Origin: a virus
Lineage: Duplodnaviria > Caudoviricetes
DNA: 47,050 nt
IMG/VR virus record: IMGVR_UViG_3300028293_000010
Coordinates: 1 to 47,050 of that record
Reading direction: 5' to 3' (one strand)
Every line of letters begins with the position of its first letter. Within the stretch, counting starts at the first letter, position 1. Shown in pieces: positions 35,584-44,866 of this stretch. Below the pieces are notes generated by a model that had not been told where the DNA came from, ran no database searches, and worked only from the letters and a program-made list of their open reading frames with translations. The position numbers were made by a program, and so were the translations under genes.

Positions 35584-36252
35584 ATGAGGATCAAGACTGG
35601 TGATGGAAAGGTGGAAGTGACCGACGAGTACGGGAAGACAATGTACGAGACTGCGTTAACGCCCGGTATGCAGATGTTCGTCGGCGGTGCCACGCAGGTG
35701 CAACTGACAGTTGCCGGACAGCTGCTGTACGAGATGGGTCTGGGTGCCGGGGCACACCCGCCCCCCGGTGCGGGGCCATCCCCGCTGCCGCCACTGGGCG
35801 GTGAGTATCCGCCGGAGACTGCACCACCCGCTGGCGGTGGCTCACCACCCCCGCCTATTGATGGTGGCGAGATTCCGTGGCCTGCCAGTGGTCAAGTGGT
35901 GTACCACGTGCCGATGCAACCATTCCAGACAGTTCGCTACACCATGCGCTGGAAGTCGAAGATGGACCCTGCCAAGTTTGGATTCATCAAGGTGGATCAG
36001 GAACCGGGCAGTGCGGTGATGGTGCGCAACCTCAAGCTTAGTAACAACGGGGCGTTGAAGTTCGACAGCACGCCTTACGGTGACACCGGGCCGACAGGTA
36101 ATTTGTGTAATGCGCCGACACCACCGCCCGATCTCAGCACCGTGCAGATGAATTACGACGATGTGTTGGGCATCGAGGTCACCAATGGCGACAACACCTC
36201 TGGTCAACCGTCGAACATGTTACTCGACATCGCCACCCCGGATAGGTATTAA
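35584..36252 (+). CDS. Two-domain protein with a Pro/Gly linker
   Basis: AGGAG RBS, 222 aa. Confidence 0.65.
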   Translation: MRIKTGDGKVEVTDEYGKTMYETALTPGMQMFVGGATQVQLTVAGQLLYEMGLGAGAHPPPGAGPSPLPPLGGEYPPETAPPAGGGSPPPPIDGGEIPWPASGQVVYHVPMQPFQTVRYTMRWKSKMDPAKFGFIKVDQEPGSAVMVRNLKLSNNGALKFDSTPYGDTGPTGNLCNAPTPPPDLSTVQMNYDDVLGIEVTNGDNTSGQPSNMLLDIATPDRY

Positions 36253-36317
36253 CCATGAAAATTTGGGACAACCCCATGCGTTCCGTCATAGGAGATCGCG
36301 TACAACAAGGAGCAAAG

Positions 36318-36512
36318 ATGGAACCACATCAGGAACGGGTAGTAGAGGAGAAGAAGGAACTGGACGCGAAGCTGCGCAAGCTCGATGAATTCATGGAGAC
36401 TGCGTTCTTCGAAGAACTGGACGACACCGAGAAGTACCTGCTGCGCAAGCAAGCGCAGTACATGCAGTCGTATTCGGATACGCTCAGGGACCGCATTGAG
36501 TTGTTCAAGTAA
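36318..36512 (+). CDS. Small helical protein, crAss001_48-like
   Basis: AAGGAG RBS; HQERVVEEKKELDAKL.KL..F...F..L...E..LL..Q...M..Y...L..RI. Confidence 0.65.
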   Translation: MEPHQERVVEEKKELDAKLRKLDEFMETAFFEELDDTEKYLLRKQAQYMQSYSDTLRDRIELFK

Positions 36513-36520
36513 CACCACGC

Positions 36521-36546
36521 GCCGTGGTCACTGTAGTGACCACGGC
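36521..36546 (+). other. Intergenic near-perfect palindrome/stem-loop
   Basis: GCCGTGGTCACT-GT-AGTGACCACGGC. Confidence 0.7.
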
Positions 36547-36565
36547 CTAACCGATAGGATACAAA

Positions 36566-37747
36566 ATGAAAACGGCAATTACCGCTGATGCTGCGGTCCA
36601 GCTGCTGCTGGACCATTACTTCTTCTCTGAACTCTACTACTCGATGAAGGTTATCGAGGATGATCCGAGGGTCGATACGCTGGCCACGGATGGGTTCAAT
36701 CTGTGGGTCCACCCGCCGTTCTACAACACGCTGACGCTTGAGTTCAAGAAAAGCGCCGTGTGTCACGAACTGATCCACAAAATGCTGATGCATCCGACCC
36801 GGATGCGCGGCATGTTCCTCCCGGTTGGGCAGATCGCCGCCGACATCGTGACCAACATGCTGCTGGTGGAGAACGGGTTCAAGATCGCGCCAACGTGGGT
36901 GCAGCCCGTGCCCAAGTACAAGGACTGGTCGTTCGAAGCGGTCTACAACGACCTGATGAATACCCTGCCGCCCCCGCCCAAGCCGAAGCCGGGTCAGCCC
37001 GGTGGTGAGGGCAAGGGCACGCCTGTGGACATGGACGACCCAAGCATCCCGCAGCAATGGAAGGATGCATGGAAGGACGTGAAGCCGCAGGAGGGCACGC
37101 CTGCCGAGATCGAGAAGATCGAGCAGAAGATTCAGCAGCAGGTGGAGCGGGCACTGGTCAACGCCAAGGCGCAGGGGCAGATGCCGAAGGGCGTCGAGAT
37201 GAAGATCAGGCACACGTATCAGGTGGCCAAGGAACCATGGTTCAATCATCTGGCACGTTACCTGCAGGCGTTGACCACGGCTGAGTACAACTGGCGCAGG
37301 ATGAATCGCCGTCACTTGGTGGTGCATCACATCTTCGCTCCGGCCAATCAGTCCGAGTCGCTGGGGGTGCTGGGCATCTTCGTCGATGCATCCGGGTCGG
37401 TGTACACCAAGGCGCAGCAGGCCCGCTTCGGTGAGCATATCAACGCCATCCTCTCGGAGACTCGTCCGAAGCAGGTGTACGTGTATTACTTCGACACCAT
37501 TGTCCATAAGCACGTCGAGGTGGAACCCGGCAGCATCGACTTCGATGAGCAGCCGCAAGGTGGTGGAGGTACGTCGTTCGACAAGTTGTGGGGCTATGCC
37601 GAGGATGAGGGCCATGTCTTGGACTTGGCCATAGTCTTAACGGACTTGGAAGGGACCATGCCCAGAGAACAACCGCCGTATCCGGTGGTGTGGGCGAGCA
37701 TCGAGAAGCACGCGGTGCCGTTCGGTGAAGCTGTGTACATTGACTAA
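36566..37747 (+). CDS. Metallopeptidase + vWA-like protein (DUF2201-type)
   Basis: TLATDG, HEXXH (HELIH), Pro/Gly linker, MIDAS-like VDASGS, FDT, GGGGTSF, LTDLEG. Confidence 0.85.
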   Translation: MKTAITADAAVQLLLDHYFFSELYYSMKVIEDDPRVDTLATDGFNLWVHPPFYNTLTLEFKKSAVCHELIHKMLMHPTRMRGMFLPVGQIAADIVTNMLLVENGFKIAPTWVQPVPKYKDWSFEAVYNDLMNTLPPPPKPKPGQPGGEGKGTPVDMDDPSIPQQWKDAWKDVKPQEGTPAEIEKIEQKIQQQVERALVNAKAQGQMPKGVEMKIRHTYQVAKEPWFNHLARYLQALTTAEYNWRRMNRRHLVVHHIFAPANQSESLGVLGIFVDASGSVYTKAQQARFGEHINAILSETRPKQVYVYYFDTIVHKHVEVEPGSIDFDEQPQGGGGTSFDKLWGYAEDEGHVLDLAIVLTDLEGTMPREQPPYPVVWASIEKHAVPFGEAVYID

Positions 37748-37761
37748 TTAAAGGAATAACT

Positions 37762-38040
37762 ATGAGTGCCGCTGTGAAACCATCGCAGTACCCCATCGTT
37801 GAGTCGTCCAGATCGTTTCGGTTGTGGGACGCCAATAACAAGATCCACATCCCCCGCCGTTGCTACAGCATCCGCATCAATGCCCACAAGGCCGCGCTGT
37901 GGGAAGCGACCATTGCCAAGGTGGGTATCACCATCGAGGTCTATAACTCACTGGACGGGCAGCTGTTGGGCCAGTACACGCGCAAGGTCAATGAAGTCCA
38001 AATCTATATGCGCCGGGGAGAACTAAGTGCCCAAGCTTAA
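37762..38040 (+). CDS. Hypothetical protein
   Basis: AAAGGA RBS, 92 aa. Confidence 0.65.
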   Translation: MSAAVKPSQYPIVESSRSFRLWDANNKIHIPRRCYSIRINAHKAALWEATIAKVGITIEVYNSLDGQLLGQYTRKVNEVQIYMRRGELSAQA

Positions 38041-38269
38041 CCCCGAGGCGCAGAAGAAACGTAACGCCACGTACAGTGCAACCATGGCAGCGCGGCGAGC
38101 GGCGAAAGAGAATGGCATGCACCAAGTCACCCCTGCCGAGGTGCTGGCCGCGAAGCCGCAGGAGATTGTCAAGAATGCAGTGGAGCGCATCAATAAGATG
38201 AGCAAGGTCGATCCCCGCATTGAACTCGCACGCGAGATCGTGCGTCTACTAGAAAGGGTATTAGCGTGA
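38027..38269 (+). CDS. Small basic hypothetical protein
   Basis: GGGGAG RBS, 80 aa. Confidence 0.6.
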   Translation: MPKLNPEAQKKRNATYSATMAARRAAKENGMHQVTPAEVLAAKPQEIVKNAVERINKMSKVDPRIELAREIVRLLERVLA

Positions 38270-38442
38270 ACGTGGAACACACAATGACCGAAGTAACAGT
38301 GCTTATCGATGACGTGATCGAGCGCACCGAGGATCTGATGGACAAGCGTGGACACATCGAAGCACACACCGCACGCATCAACCTGATGGCGGCACGTACC
38401 CGGTTGATCGAGCGGATTCGCCTCGCCTTGGTGTCCACATGA
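38266..38442 (+). CDS. Small hypothetical protein (58 aa)
   Basis: MNVEHTMTEVTVLIDDVIER...; fills the gap with overlaps at both ends; below the track cutoff. Confidence 0.55.
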   Translation: MNVEHTMTEVTVLIDDVIERTEDLMDKRGHIEAHTARINLMAARTRLIERIRLALVST

Positions 38443-38705
38443 GCGCCGACAAGGACATGCTGAAGGAATGCGTGGACCGCATCCGGCGGGTGGAGACGCG
38501 GCTGATCGTGCTGGGCAACAAGTTGGGGCATGACCTGACCGAAACGGACAACCTTGATGTCGATGTCGATGCAGGCAAGGTAGACATCCTCACCATGGAC
38601 GTGGCCCTGTCCAACATCATCCGTGCTGCGCATCAGGCCGGGTTGAGCAACATGCTGGTGGAGATCCATTTCAAAGGGACGCTGGTGGCAGCGGCACAGA
38701 TATGA
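38439..38705 (+). CDS. Hypothetical protein
   Basis: 88 aa, ATGA-coupled. Confidence 0.6.
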   Translation: MSADKDMLKECVDRIRRVETRLIVLGNKLGHDLTETDNLDVDVDAGKVDILTMDVALSNIIRAAHQAGLSNMLVEIHFKGTLVAAAQI

Positions 38706-39022
38706 ACGAGACAACCGAGAAGGTGGTGAAGCTGATGGTCAAGGCTGGGCATGTCGCCAGCCCGGTCGAGTTCGTGCTGCGCTACGGCAACAGGGAATTC
38801 GATCTCCATCTCTGCTCTGCATGGACCACCAAGAACGACGACGGCAATGGACACAAGGTCAGGTTCTATTACATGGACTGGTGTGGTGTTAGAGTTACCT
38901 GCAAAGCTACGTATGTACGCCGGAAGTGGAAGCCGTCCGAGTTCAAACTGACAACCAAGTACACGGCACGTCAGCTTGGGCTGCAACGTGCCACGGACTG
39001 GGATGCTCAGTATGAGGAATAA
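38702..39022 (+). CDS. Hypothetical protein
   Basis: 106 aa, ATGA-coupled. Confidence 0.6.
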   Translation: MNETTEKVVKLMVKAGHVASPVEFVLRYGNREFDLHLCSAWTTKNDDGNGHKVRFYYMDWCGVRVTCKATYVRRKWKPSEFKLTTKYTARQLGLQRATDWDAQYEE

Positions 39023-39353
39023 ACCTCCGGATCGTACCAAGGAGTACAGCATGAAGCTGGATGAATGGCTTACACCGTATAAGGACAACCCGAGAATGAA
39101 GACACGCATGGTTCTGTATGAAGTCAGCAACGGCTTCATGGCCGTCATCGATGAAGACCGCGAGAACGGCACCGTAGTAGGCAAATCGATACCCGAGGTA
39201 TTGCGGGAGGCTGAGAGCCTGATGGTGACGCGAGCATTGGAGCGGGAGAATGACCCGCGAGTGTGGCCGGAGAACGCTGGGACGAAGCAGGAGCAGTCAA
39301 CTCCTTTATTGAAAGGCCGTTGGACAAACCACAAGCCGCCCCCTTACTCATGA
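39012..39353 (+). CDS. Hypothetical protein
   Basis: ORF in the coupled run; start uncertain. Confidence 0.55.
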   Translation: MRNKPPDRTKEYSMKLDEWLTPYKDNPRMKTRMVLYEVSNGFMAVIDEDRENGTVVGKSIPEVLREAESLMVTRALERENDPRVWPENAGTKQEQSTPLLKGRWTNHKPPPYS

Positions 39354-39745
39354 TCCGCATATCGAAAGCGTTGCAGTACGCGCTGCTGAATGATCGTGGT
39401 GTGCTTGGTTATGTGATAGCGCCGGGACGCTATCTGTACCTGACCGTAACACTGGACAGTGAGTTGCTGGTGAAGATTCCACTTGCCCGGTCGGCACTGT
39501 CAGTACGTGACAACACGTTCACGGTGGATTCTTCGGATGCACAGTTCACCGTCACTTCGGAGATGGTTACCAACTGGTGGAAGCTACAGGTACACGTTGC
39601 CGAGTGGATGGTGGAGAGTATCAATCCAATCGTAGAGTATTTCGAGCCGGTGTTATCTATCAATATTACCGACATACGCATGCGCAATCCTGATCCGCCA
39701 GCTGGTAGTACGTTACGCATTGACAGCCTGACCTTCAGTCTGTAG
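39350..39745 (+). CDS. Hypothetical protein
   Basis: MIRISKALQY..., ATGA-coupled. Confidence 0.55.
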   Translation: MIRISKALQYALLNDRGVLGYVIAPGRYLYLTVTLDSELLVKIPLARSALSVRDNTFTVDSSDAQFTVTSEMVTNWWKLQVHVAEWMVESINPIVEYFEPVLSINITDIRMRNPDPPAGSTLRIDSLTFSL

Positions 39746-39794
39746 TATTACCCCAGTGGGTGGTGTTACCCACTAACAACCAAGGAGTATAAGC

Positions 39795-40049
39795 ATGGCA
39801 GCAAGTAATGGTGACAAGAAACCTGTCGTCTTCACCGATGGCAACGAAGTCCGCAAGTTTCTGCGGGCGCGCATTCTCAAGCGGTACAAGACGTTCGCCG
39901 AGTATGGGCGGCAGGAGGGTGGCTTTTCGACGCAGTACATCAGCAACATCCTCGCTGAAGACGGGAGGCACATCCCCGAGTGGATGCTCAAAAGGTTCAA
40001 GTGCACCCACAAGAAGGAAATCGTCCACACGTGGACGCATAAGCCGTAA
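39795..40049 (+). CDS. Small putative HTH DNA-binding protein
   Basis: AAGGAG RBS; YKTFAEYGRQEGGFSTQYISNIL.E..R.IP resembles an XRE/Cro HTH. Confidence 0.55.
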   Translation: MAASNGDKKPVVFTDGNEVRKFLRARILKRYKTFAEYGRQEGGFSTQYISNILAEDGRHIPEWMLKRFKCTHKKEIVHTWTHKP

Positions 40050-40058
40050 ACGTCAACA

Positions 40059-40090
40059 GGGCGGGGTAATACCCGCCCGATTTTATTTCT
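40059..40090 (+). terminator. Probable Rho-independent terminator
   Basis: GGGCGGG-GTAATA-CCCGCCC followed by GATTTTATTTCT. Confidence 0.65.
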
Positions 40091-40107
40091 ATCGATAGGA
40101 GTATTAA

Positions 40108-40581
40108 ATGAATAACGAAGCAGTAGGTCAGCAAGTTGCCACCTATGGTGGTATCACCATCTCGTTCAACGCCCGTAATGGCAACTTCTATGCCAACATC
40201 ACCAGCGGTATCATCAAGTCAACCTCGTTGGCTGGCATCAAGAAGCAGATCGATGAGAAGACGGTGAAGAAGAACTTCAAATCGTTCACCGCGCTGAAGC
40301 AGGCATGGGGTGGGGACTTCAATGAAGTTGTCGTCGTCGGTATCAAGCTGCTCAAGGGACGTAAGGTGTGGGTAACACCCGCTGGCCGGGAGATCGGCGG
40401 TGACCTGTTCGTGAACCATGACGACAATCGGCGGGTAGCACAATTGGAAAAGGAATGCGAGAAACGTCAGGATCAGGAGAAGGAGGAAATGCGTCTGCGG
40501 CACCGTGACGAGATGTCTGCGATCCGTGCCAAGTACATCACGATCAACCCCGAAACCTACGAGGGAGAGCAACATGCCTGA
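40108..40581 (+). CDS. Hypothetical protein
   Basis: TAGGAG RBS, 157 aa. Confidence 0.7.
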   Translation: MNNEAVGQQVATYGGITISFNARNGNFYANITSGIIKSTSLAGIKKQIDEKTVKKNFKSFTALKQAWGGDFNEVVVVGIKLLKGRKVWVTPAGREIGGDLFVNHDDNRRVAQLEKECEKRQDQEKEEMRLRHRDEMSAIRAKYITINPETYEGEQHA

Positions 40582-40807
40582 ACTGACCAACGAAGAACTG
40601 ATGCTGCGTATGAAGGCATCGCACATGACCAACGCCGAGGCCATCCATTATCTGCACCTTATACGTGCCGAGTGCGACATGACCAGTATGTCGATAATGC
40701 GCAGGCGGTCGTGGACCAACCAGCAACGGGTTACCGCGCAGGAGAACTTGTACCAACAGATGGATGCGCTGACCAAGGCCATCGTCGCACTGGAGGAGAA
40801 GCAATGA
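40574..40807 (+). CDS. Hypothetical protein
   Basis: GGGAG RBS, MPELTNEE... Confidence 0.6.
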   Translation: MPELTNEELMLRMKASHMTNAEAIHYLHLIRAECDMTSMSIMRRRSWTNQQRVTAQENLYQQMDALTKAIVALEEKQ

Positions 40808-41133
40808 GCGCCATCAAGTCACGTCCCCCATTCCCCAACATGACATCACGCCATGTACGCATGATGGTGGAATGGACTATCGAGCATGCCGTTGAACTGA
40901 TCAACAAGTATGAGCAGGAGTTGGCCCAGCACCAAGCGTATCCGCCCGACCAACCCTACGCCACCAAGTGGCTGTCCGAGACACGAGGGCAGCGCATCGC
41001 TAAACTGAAGGAGTATCTGCGGGAGTATGGCGAGATGTACTCCATCATGCGTGGGATCAAGGAACGGCTGAACAACGACGAGGCTGAGAAGTTTGGACGG
41101 GAGATGGCCGAGTACATGCGGAGCCAGAAATGA
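40804..41133 (+). CDS. Hypothetical protein
   Basis: GGAGGAG RBS, MSAIKSRP... Confidence 0.6.
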   Translation: MSAIKSRPPFPNMTSRHVRMMVEWTIEHAVELINKYEQELAQHQAYPPDQPYATKWLSETRGQRIAKLKEYLREYGEMYSIMRGIKERLNNDEAEKFGREMAEYMRSQK

Positions 41134-41324
41134 ATGACGATGAACGCACTTTGGAAAGTTTAGTAGGGCAGAAAATCACCTACGTCGAGACTGAGTGTGC
41201 GAATGACAACATTGTTGCTGTCACGCTGTTCTTCCCTGACTATATCGGCGTAGCCAAGGTCAAGGTTCGTATTGCTCAGGACCATCGTGGTGATAGTTGT
41301 TTGAGAATAGAGGTTCCGACGTGA
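41130..41324 (+). CDS. Small hypothetical protein
   Basis: 64 aa, coupled to both neighbours. Confidence 0.55.
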   Translation: MNDDERTLESLVGQKITYVETECANDNIVAVTLFFPDYIGVAKVKVRIAQDHRGDSCLRIEVPT

Positions 41325-43168
41325 ATGACCCGGTTGTCGTAGACTACGAGACGTACTACTCATCGGAATATACTCTGTCCAAGATGACGACCGAGGAGTA
41401 CATACGTGACCCGCGCTTCGAAGTAATCCTGTGCGGGTTTCTCGATACGGCGACCGGGCAGAAGTGGTGGGTGGACGGCCCCGACGTTGGCAGTGAGTTG
41501 GCCACGTTGGGGTTGCATGATCGTCCGGTACTTGCTCACCACGCACACTTCGATGGGTTGATCATGTCTCACCATCATGGTGTGCGCCCGAGGATCTGGC
41601 TGGATACTCTCGCCATGTCTCGTGCGGTCAATGGGACGAAAGGAGGTAATGGACTGGGGGCGTGCGCCAAGCGATACAACCTTGGCCAGAAGGGTGAGGA
41701 GGTGATACAAGCCAAGGACAAACGGCGAGCGGACTTCACCGAGCAGGAGCTTATACGGTATGGTGTGTACTGCATGAACGACTGCCAGCTGGAATGGGAT
41801 CTGTTCAACGTCCTGCTGCCGCATTTCAGCCTGTCGGAGTTGAAGCTGATCGACAAGCTGACGCGCACGTTCACAGAACCCGTGCTGCAACTCGACACAG
41901 CCTTACTCACGCAATACGCCACGCTGCTCGCTACCAACAAGGCAGCAATCCTGAAAGATGCCGGGGTGGATGTAACTACCGTTATGTCTGCCGACAAGTT
42001 CGCCGCTGCCTTGGAGTTCCTTGGTGTTGACCCACCAACCAAGTGGTCGCTGAAGCAGAAGAAGCAGGTGTACGCCTTCGCCAAGACCGACAAGGCGATG
42101 GAGGAACTGGCTGAGCATGAGGATGAGGCGGTGCAGCTGCTGGTTGCCGCCCGGTTGCAGAACAAGACCACCATTGCCGAGACGCGGGCCAAGCGCATGA
42201 TCGGCATGCAGCAACGTGGTGGTGCGTGTGTGTACTACAAGTATTGCGGCGCGGAGAAGACGCTGCGGGTAGCGGGTGGCGACAAGATGAACTGGCAGAA
42301 CCTGACGCGGGGCAGCATACTGCGCAAGGCCGTCGTAGCCCCGCCGGGACACCTGATAGTAGTCGGGGACTCCTCCAACATCGAGGCGCGCATCCTAGAC
42401 ACGCTGGCGGGGCAGGAGGATATGGTCGAGGCATACCGCAGGTACGACGCGGGGCTGGGACCGGACATTTACTGCGTCATGGCTGAGCGTATATACCATC
42501 GTGTTATCACGAAAGAAGATGAGGAGGAGCGCAAGGCAGGCAAGGTGGTGAAGCTGGCGTCGGGGTACGGGATTGGGCCGGAGAAGACGGTACGCACGTT
42601 CCGCATTCAAGCAAAAAAGATCATCACGCTTGATGAGGGCGTGATGTTCAATAAAGTCTATCGACTGTCGCATTCGCAGGTGCTACGCTTGTGGGCGAGG
42701 GGGGAACAAGCACTGTGGCACATCTATCGTGGGCAGTACGACGTACCTGTAGACGAGCGGGGCATTGTCCGTACCTGCAAGGATGGGCTGCTGCTGCCCA
42801 ACGGCCTGAAGATTCGCTACCCCAACCTGCGGTACCACGGCCCGAAGGACTTCAACAATCCGGACAAGTTGTCGGGCTTCACGTACTGGGACGGGAAGAT
42901 GGACGTGTACATCTATGGCCCGAAAGCCATAGAGAACATCTGTCAGGCACTTGCCCGTATTGTCGTCATGGACCAGATCGTGGAGGTACCATACCGGTTC
43001 GTGTTAACGTCCCATGACGAGGGCGGCTGGTGCGTGAAGGAGAGCAAGGCAGAGCAGTGTGCAAGGGATGTACTGGCGGCGCTACGTGTTCCCCCTACGT
43101 GGTTTCCGGAGTTGCCAGTGAATGCCGAAGTGGGGTACGACGTGAGTTACGGGATGGCTAAAAAATGA
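41321..43168 (+). CDS. polA: Family A DNA polymerase with 3'-5' exonuclease
   Basis: Exo I DYETYY, Exo II HHAHFDG, Exo III YCMND; motif A DSSNIEAR, motif B RKAGKVVKLASGYG, motif C SHDE. Confidence 0.92.
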   Translation: MNDPVVVDYETYYSSEYTLSKMTTEEYIRDPRFEVILCGFLDTATGQKWWVDGPDVGSELATLGLHDRPVLAHHAHFDGLIMSHHHGVRPRIWLDTLAMSRAVNGTKGGNGLGACAKRYNLGQKGEEVIQAKDKRRADFTEQELIRYGVYCMNDCQLEWDLFNVLLPHFSLSELKLIDKLTRTFTEPVLQLDTALLTQYATLLATNKAAILKDAGVDVTTVMSADKFAAALEFLGVDPPTKWSLKQKKQVYAFAKTDKAMEELAEHEDEAVQLLVAARLQNKTTIAETRAKRMIGMQQRGGACVYYKYCGAEKTLRVAGGDKMNWQNLTRGSILRKAVVAPPGHLIVVGDSSNIEARILDTLAGQEDMVEAYRRYDAGLGPDIYCVMAERIYHRVITKEDEEERKAGKVVKLASGYGIGPEKTVRTFRIQAKKIITLDEGVMFNKVYRLSHSQVLRLWARGEQALWHIYRGQYDVPVDERGIVRTCKDGLLLPNGLKIRYPNLRYHGPKDFNNPDKLSGFTYWDGKMDVYIYGPKAIENICQALARIVVMDQIVEVPYRFVLTSHDEGGWCVKESKAEQCARDVLAALRVPPTWFPELPVNAEVGYDVSYGMAKK

Positions 43169-43359
43169 AGCAGACGAAGGTTGAACACTTACGCGAATCG
43201 ATGAAGCAGGCCACGCCACAGGAGTTGATGACCTTCTGCGTAGCACTGAACAAGATGTACAGGAAGATGGTGGTGGATGGCGAAGTGCCGTTGTATCCAG
43301 CACCGGCACGGGCATTGCAGGAAGCCATCAAGGAAGCCAGAAAGGCAGGGTTGAAATGA
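43165..43359 (+). CDS. Small hypothetical protein
   Basis: 64 aa, coupled. Confidence 0.55.
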   Translation: MKQTKVEHLRESMKQATPQELMTFCVALNKMYRKMVVDGEVPLYPAPARALQEAIKEARKAGLK

Positions 43360-43646
43360 GCAGTGAGATATTCGTATACGTTGAACATGTTACATCGCCC
43401 GAGATCCGCTTCCGGGTGCTGGAGTATGACCAGAAGACCGGCATGGGCAAGCTGGAGTCGTCTCTCGGCGTGGTCATCGACCGCTTGATCTCGCCGGAAG
43501 AACTGAAGAAGCGCAACTACAAGCTGCGCACCTCAGCGACACCGCTGGACAATGCCGACTGGCCCGCCACCGCCCCGCTCAACCCCGGCAACAACGAGCA
43601 GCGCAAGGCCAAGATGGCACCTGTGGTGGACGACGACGAGGAATGA
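43356..43646 (+). CDS. Hypothetical protein
   Basis: 96 aa, acidic tail. Confidence 0.6.
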   Translation: MSSEIFVYVEHVTSPEIRFRVLEYDQKTGMGKLESSLGVVIDRLISPEELKKRNYKLRTSATPLDNADWPATAPLNPGNNEQRKAKMAPVVDDDEE

Positions 43647-43813
43647 AGTTGTTCATCGTCGGGCAGCGACGCACTTTCGAGATCGTGTCGTTCGATCCGG
43701 AGACGCACGTTGCCGTGTTGCGCGACGAGAAAGGGGTCGAGTGCATCGACCCCAATTTCTGGCCGGACATGGTGCAGCGTGCAGGTTATCAACTGGAGCA
43801 GAGAGAGGAGTAA
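43643..43813 (+). CDS. Small hypothetical protein (56 aa)
   Basis: MKLFIVGQRRTFEIVSFDPETHVAVLRDEKG...; ATGA overlap; below the track cutoff. Confidence 0.6.
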   Translation: MKLFIVGQRRTFEIVSFDPETHVAVLRDEKGVECIDPNFWPDMVQRAGYQLEQREE

Positions 43814-43817
43814 CACC

Positions 43818-44093
43818 ATGCCAAGTGCACCCGGTTATGTTCGCGATTACCAGCAGGAGAAGAAGACTTCCAAGGCCCGTGGCGAGATGGTCCGCAACAA
43901 GCTGCGCAAGCGTGCCCGTCGCCTTGCCGTGAAGAAGGGCATGGTCAAGCCGTTCGATGGCAAGGATGTCGATCACAAGCGGATGTTGTCCATGGGTGGG
44001 GCGGCTACGCTGTCCAACCTGCGCGTGTCCAGTGCCCATGACAACCGGAGCTTCGCCCGCAACCCTGACGGGTCGGCGAAGAACAACAAATGA
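43818..44093 (+). CDS. Small HNH endonuclease-like protein
   Basis: GAGGAG RBS; RDYQQE...R..AR...GKDVDHK..LS.GG....SNLRV.S...NRS. Confidence 0.8.
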   Translation: MPSAPGYVRDYQQEKKTSKARGEMVRNKLRKRARRLAVKKGMVKPFDGKDVDHKRMLSMGGAATLSNLRVSSAHDNRSFARNPDGSAKNNK

Positions 44094-44866
44094 AAAGAGC
44101 GACCATGACTGTAGCTGAATGGGAGAACAGGCTACGTTCCGATCTCAACTTGCTGACGACTGATACGGCAGATGGTGATGTTGAGCCGCCGATACCATCG
44201 GTTACCGTAGGGAATGACCCCAAGTTGCGGGTGCACCTGCGCGATCTCGACTACTACGTAGAGTCGTATATCGAACGTGCCCCGCTTGTGTTGGGGTGCG
44301 TGGCATGGCTGACGCATTACGGACTGCTCGATGCATTGGCCCGCACCTCTGCGGCTATCGTGGTGCAGAAGGAAGATTTCCTGCGCCCTGATGAGTGGCC
44401 TGTATCCAGTGCTTGGAAAGCTACGCTGCGTCAGAAGTATGAAGCGATTCATCCTCGACAAGATCGCTATGACTTCCCCGGTCTGATTTCCAGCTTGAGT
44501 ACCAGTGGTGACCCCGGCATGGAGGGAGTGCGTTGTGTCGGCAACTACAACCGGGACAAACGTCCGGCGTTCCCGCGTATGCATCACAAATTTCTGGTGT
44601 TCTGCCGAACTGAGGTAATTACTGAACCACCCATGTGGGAAGGAGAGCAACCATATGAGCATGAGACAGTAATACCCTACGCGGTGTGGACAGGCTCGTT
44701 CAACTTCACGCAGAACGCAGTGCGCTCGCTGGAGAACGCGATATTCACAACCGACCCTCAGATCGTGCAGGCGTATTACGACGAGTTCTCTCACATCTAT
44801 TCCGTGTCGGAACCGCTCGACTGGACGAGTGACTGGTCGGCTCCCGATCTACGGATAGGCACATGA
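44090..44866 (+). CDS. Phospholipase D-superfamily nuclease-like protein
   Basis: MHHKFLVF ... WTGSFNFT.NA..SLEN (single HxK plus GSxN). Confidence 0.8.
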   Translation: MKRATMTVAEWENRLRSDLNLLTTDTADGDVEPPIPSVTVGNDPKLRVHLRDLDYYVESYIERAPLVLGCVAWLTHYGLLDALARTSAAIVVQKEDFLRPDEWPVSSAWKATLRQKYEAIHPRQDRYDFPGLISSLSTSGDPGMEGVRCVGNYNRDKRPAFPRMHHKFLVFCRTEVITEPPMWEGEQPYEHETVIPYAVWTGSFNFTQNAVRSLENAIFTTDPQIVQAYYDEFSHIYSVSEPLDWTSDWSAPDLRIGT

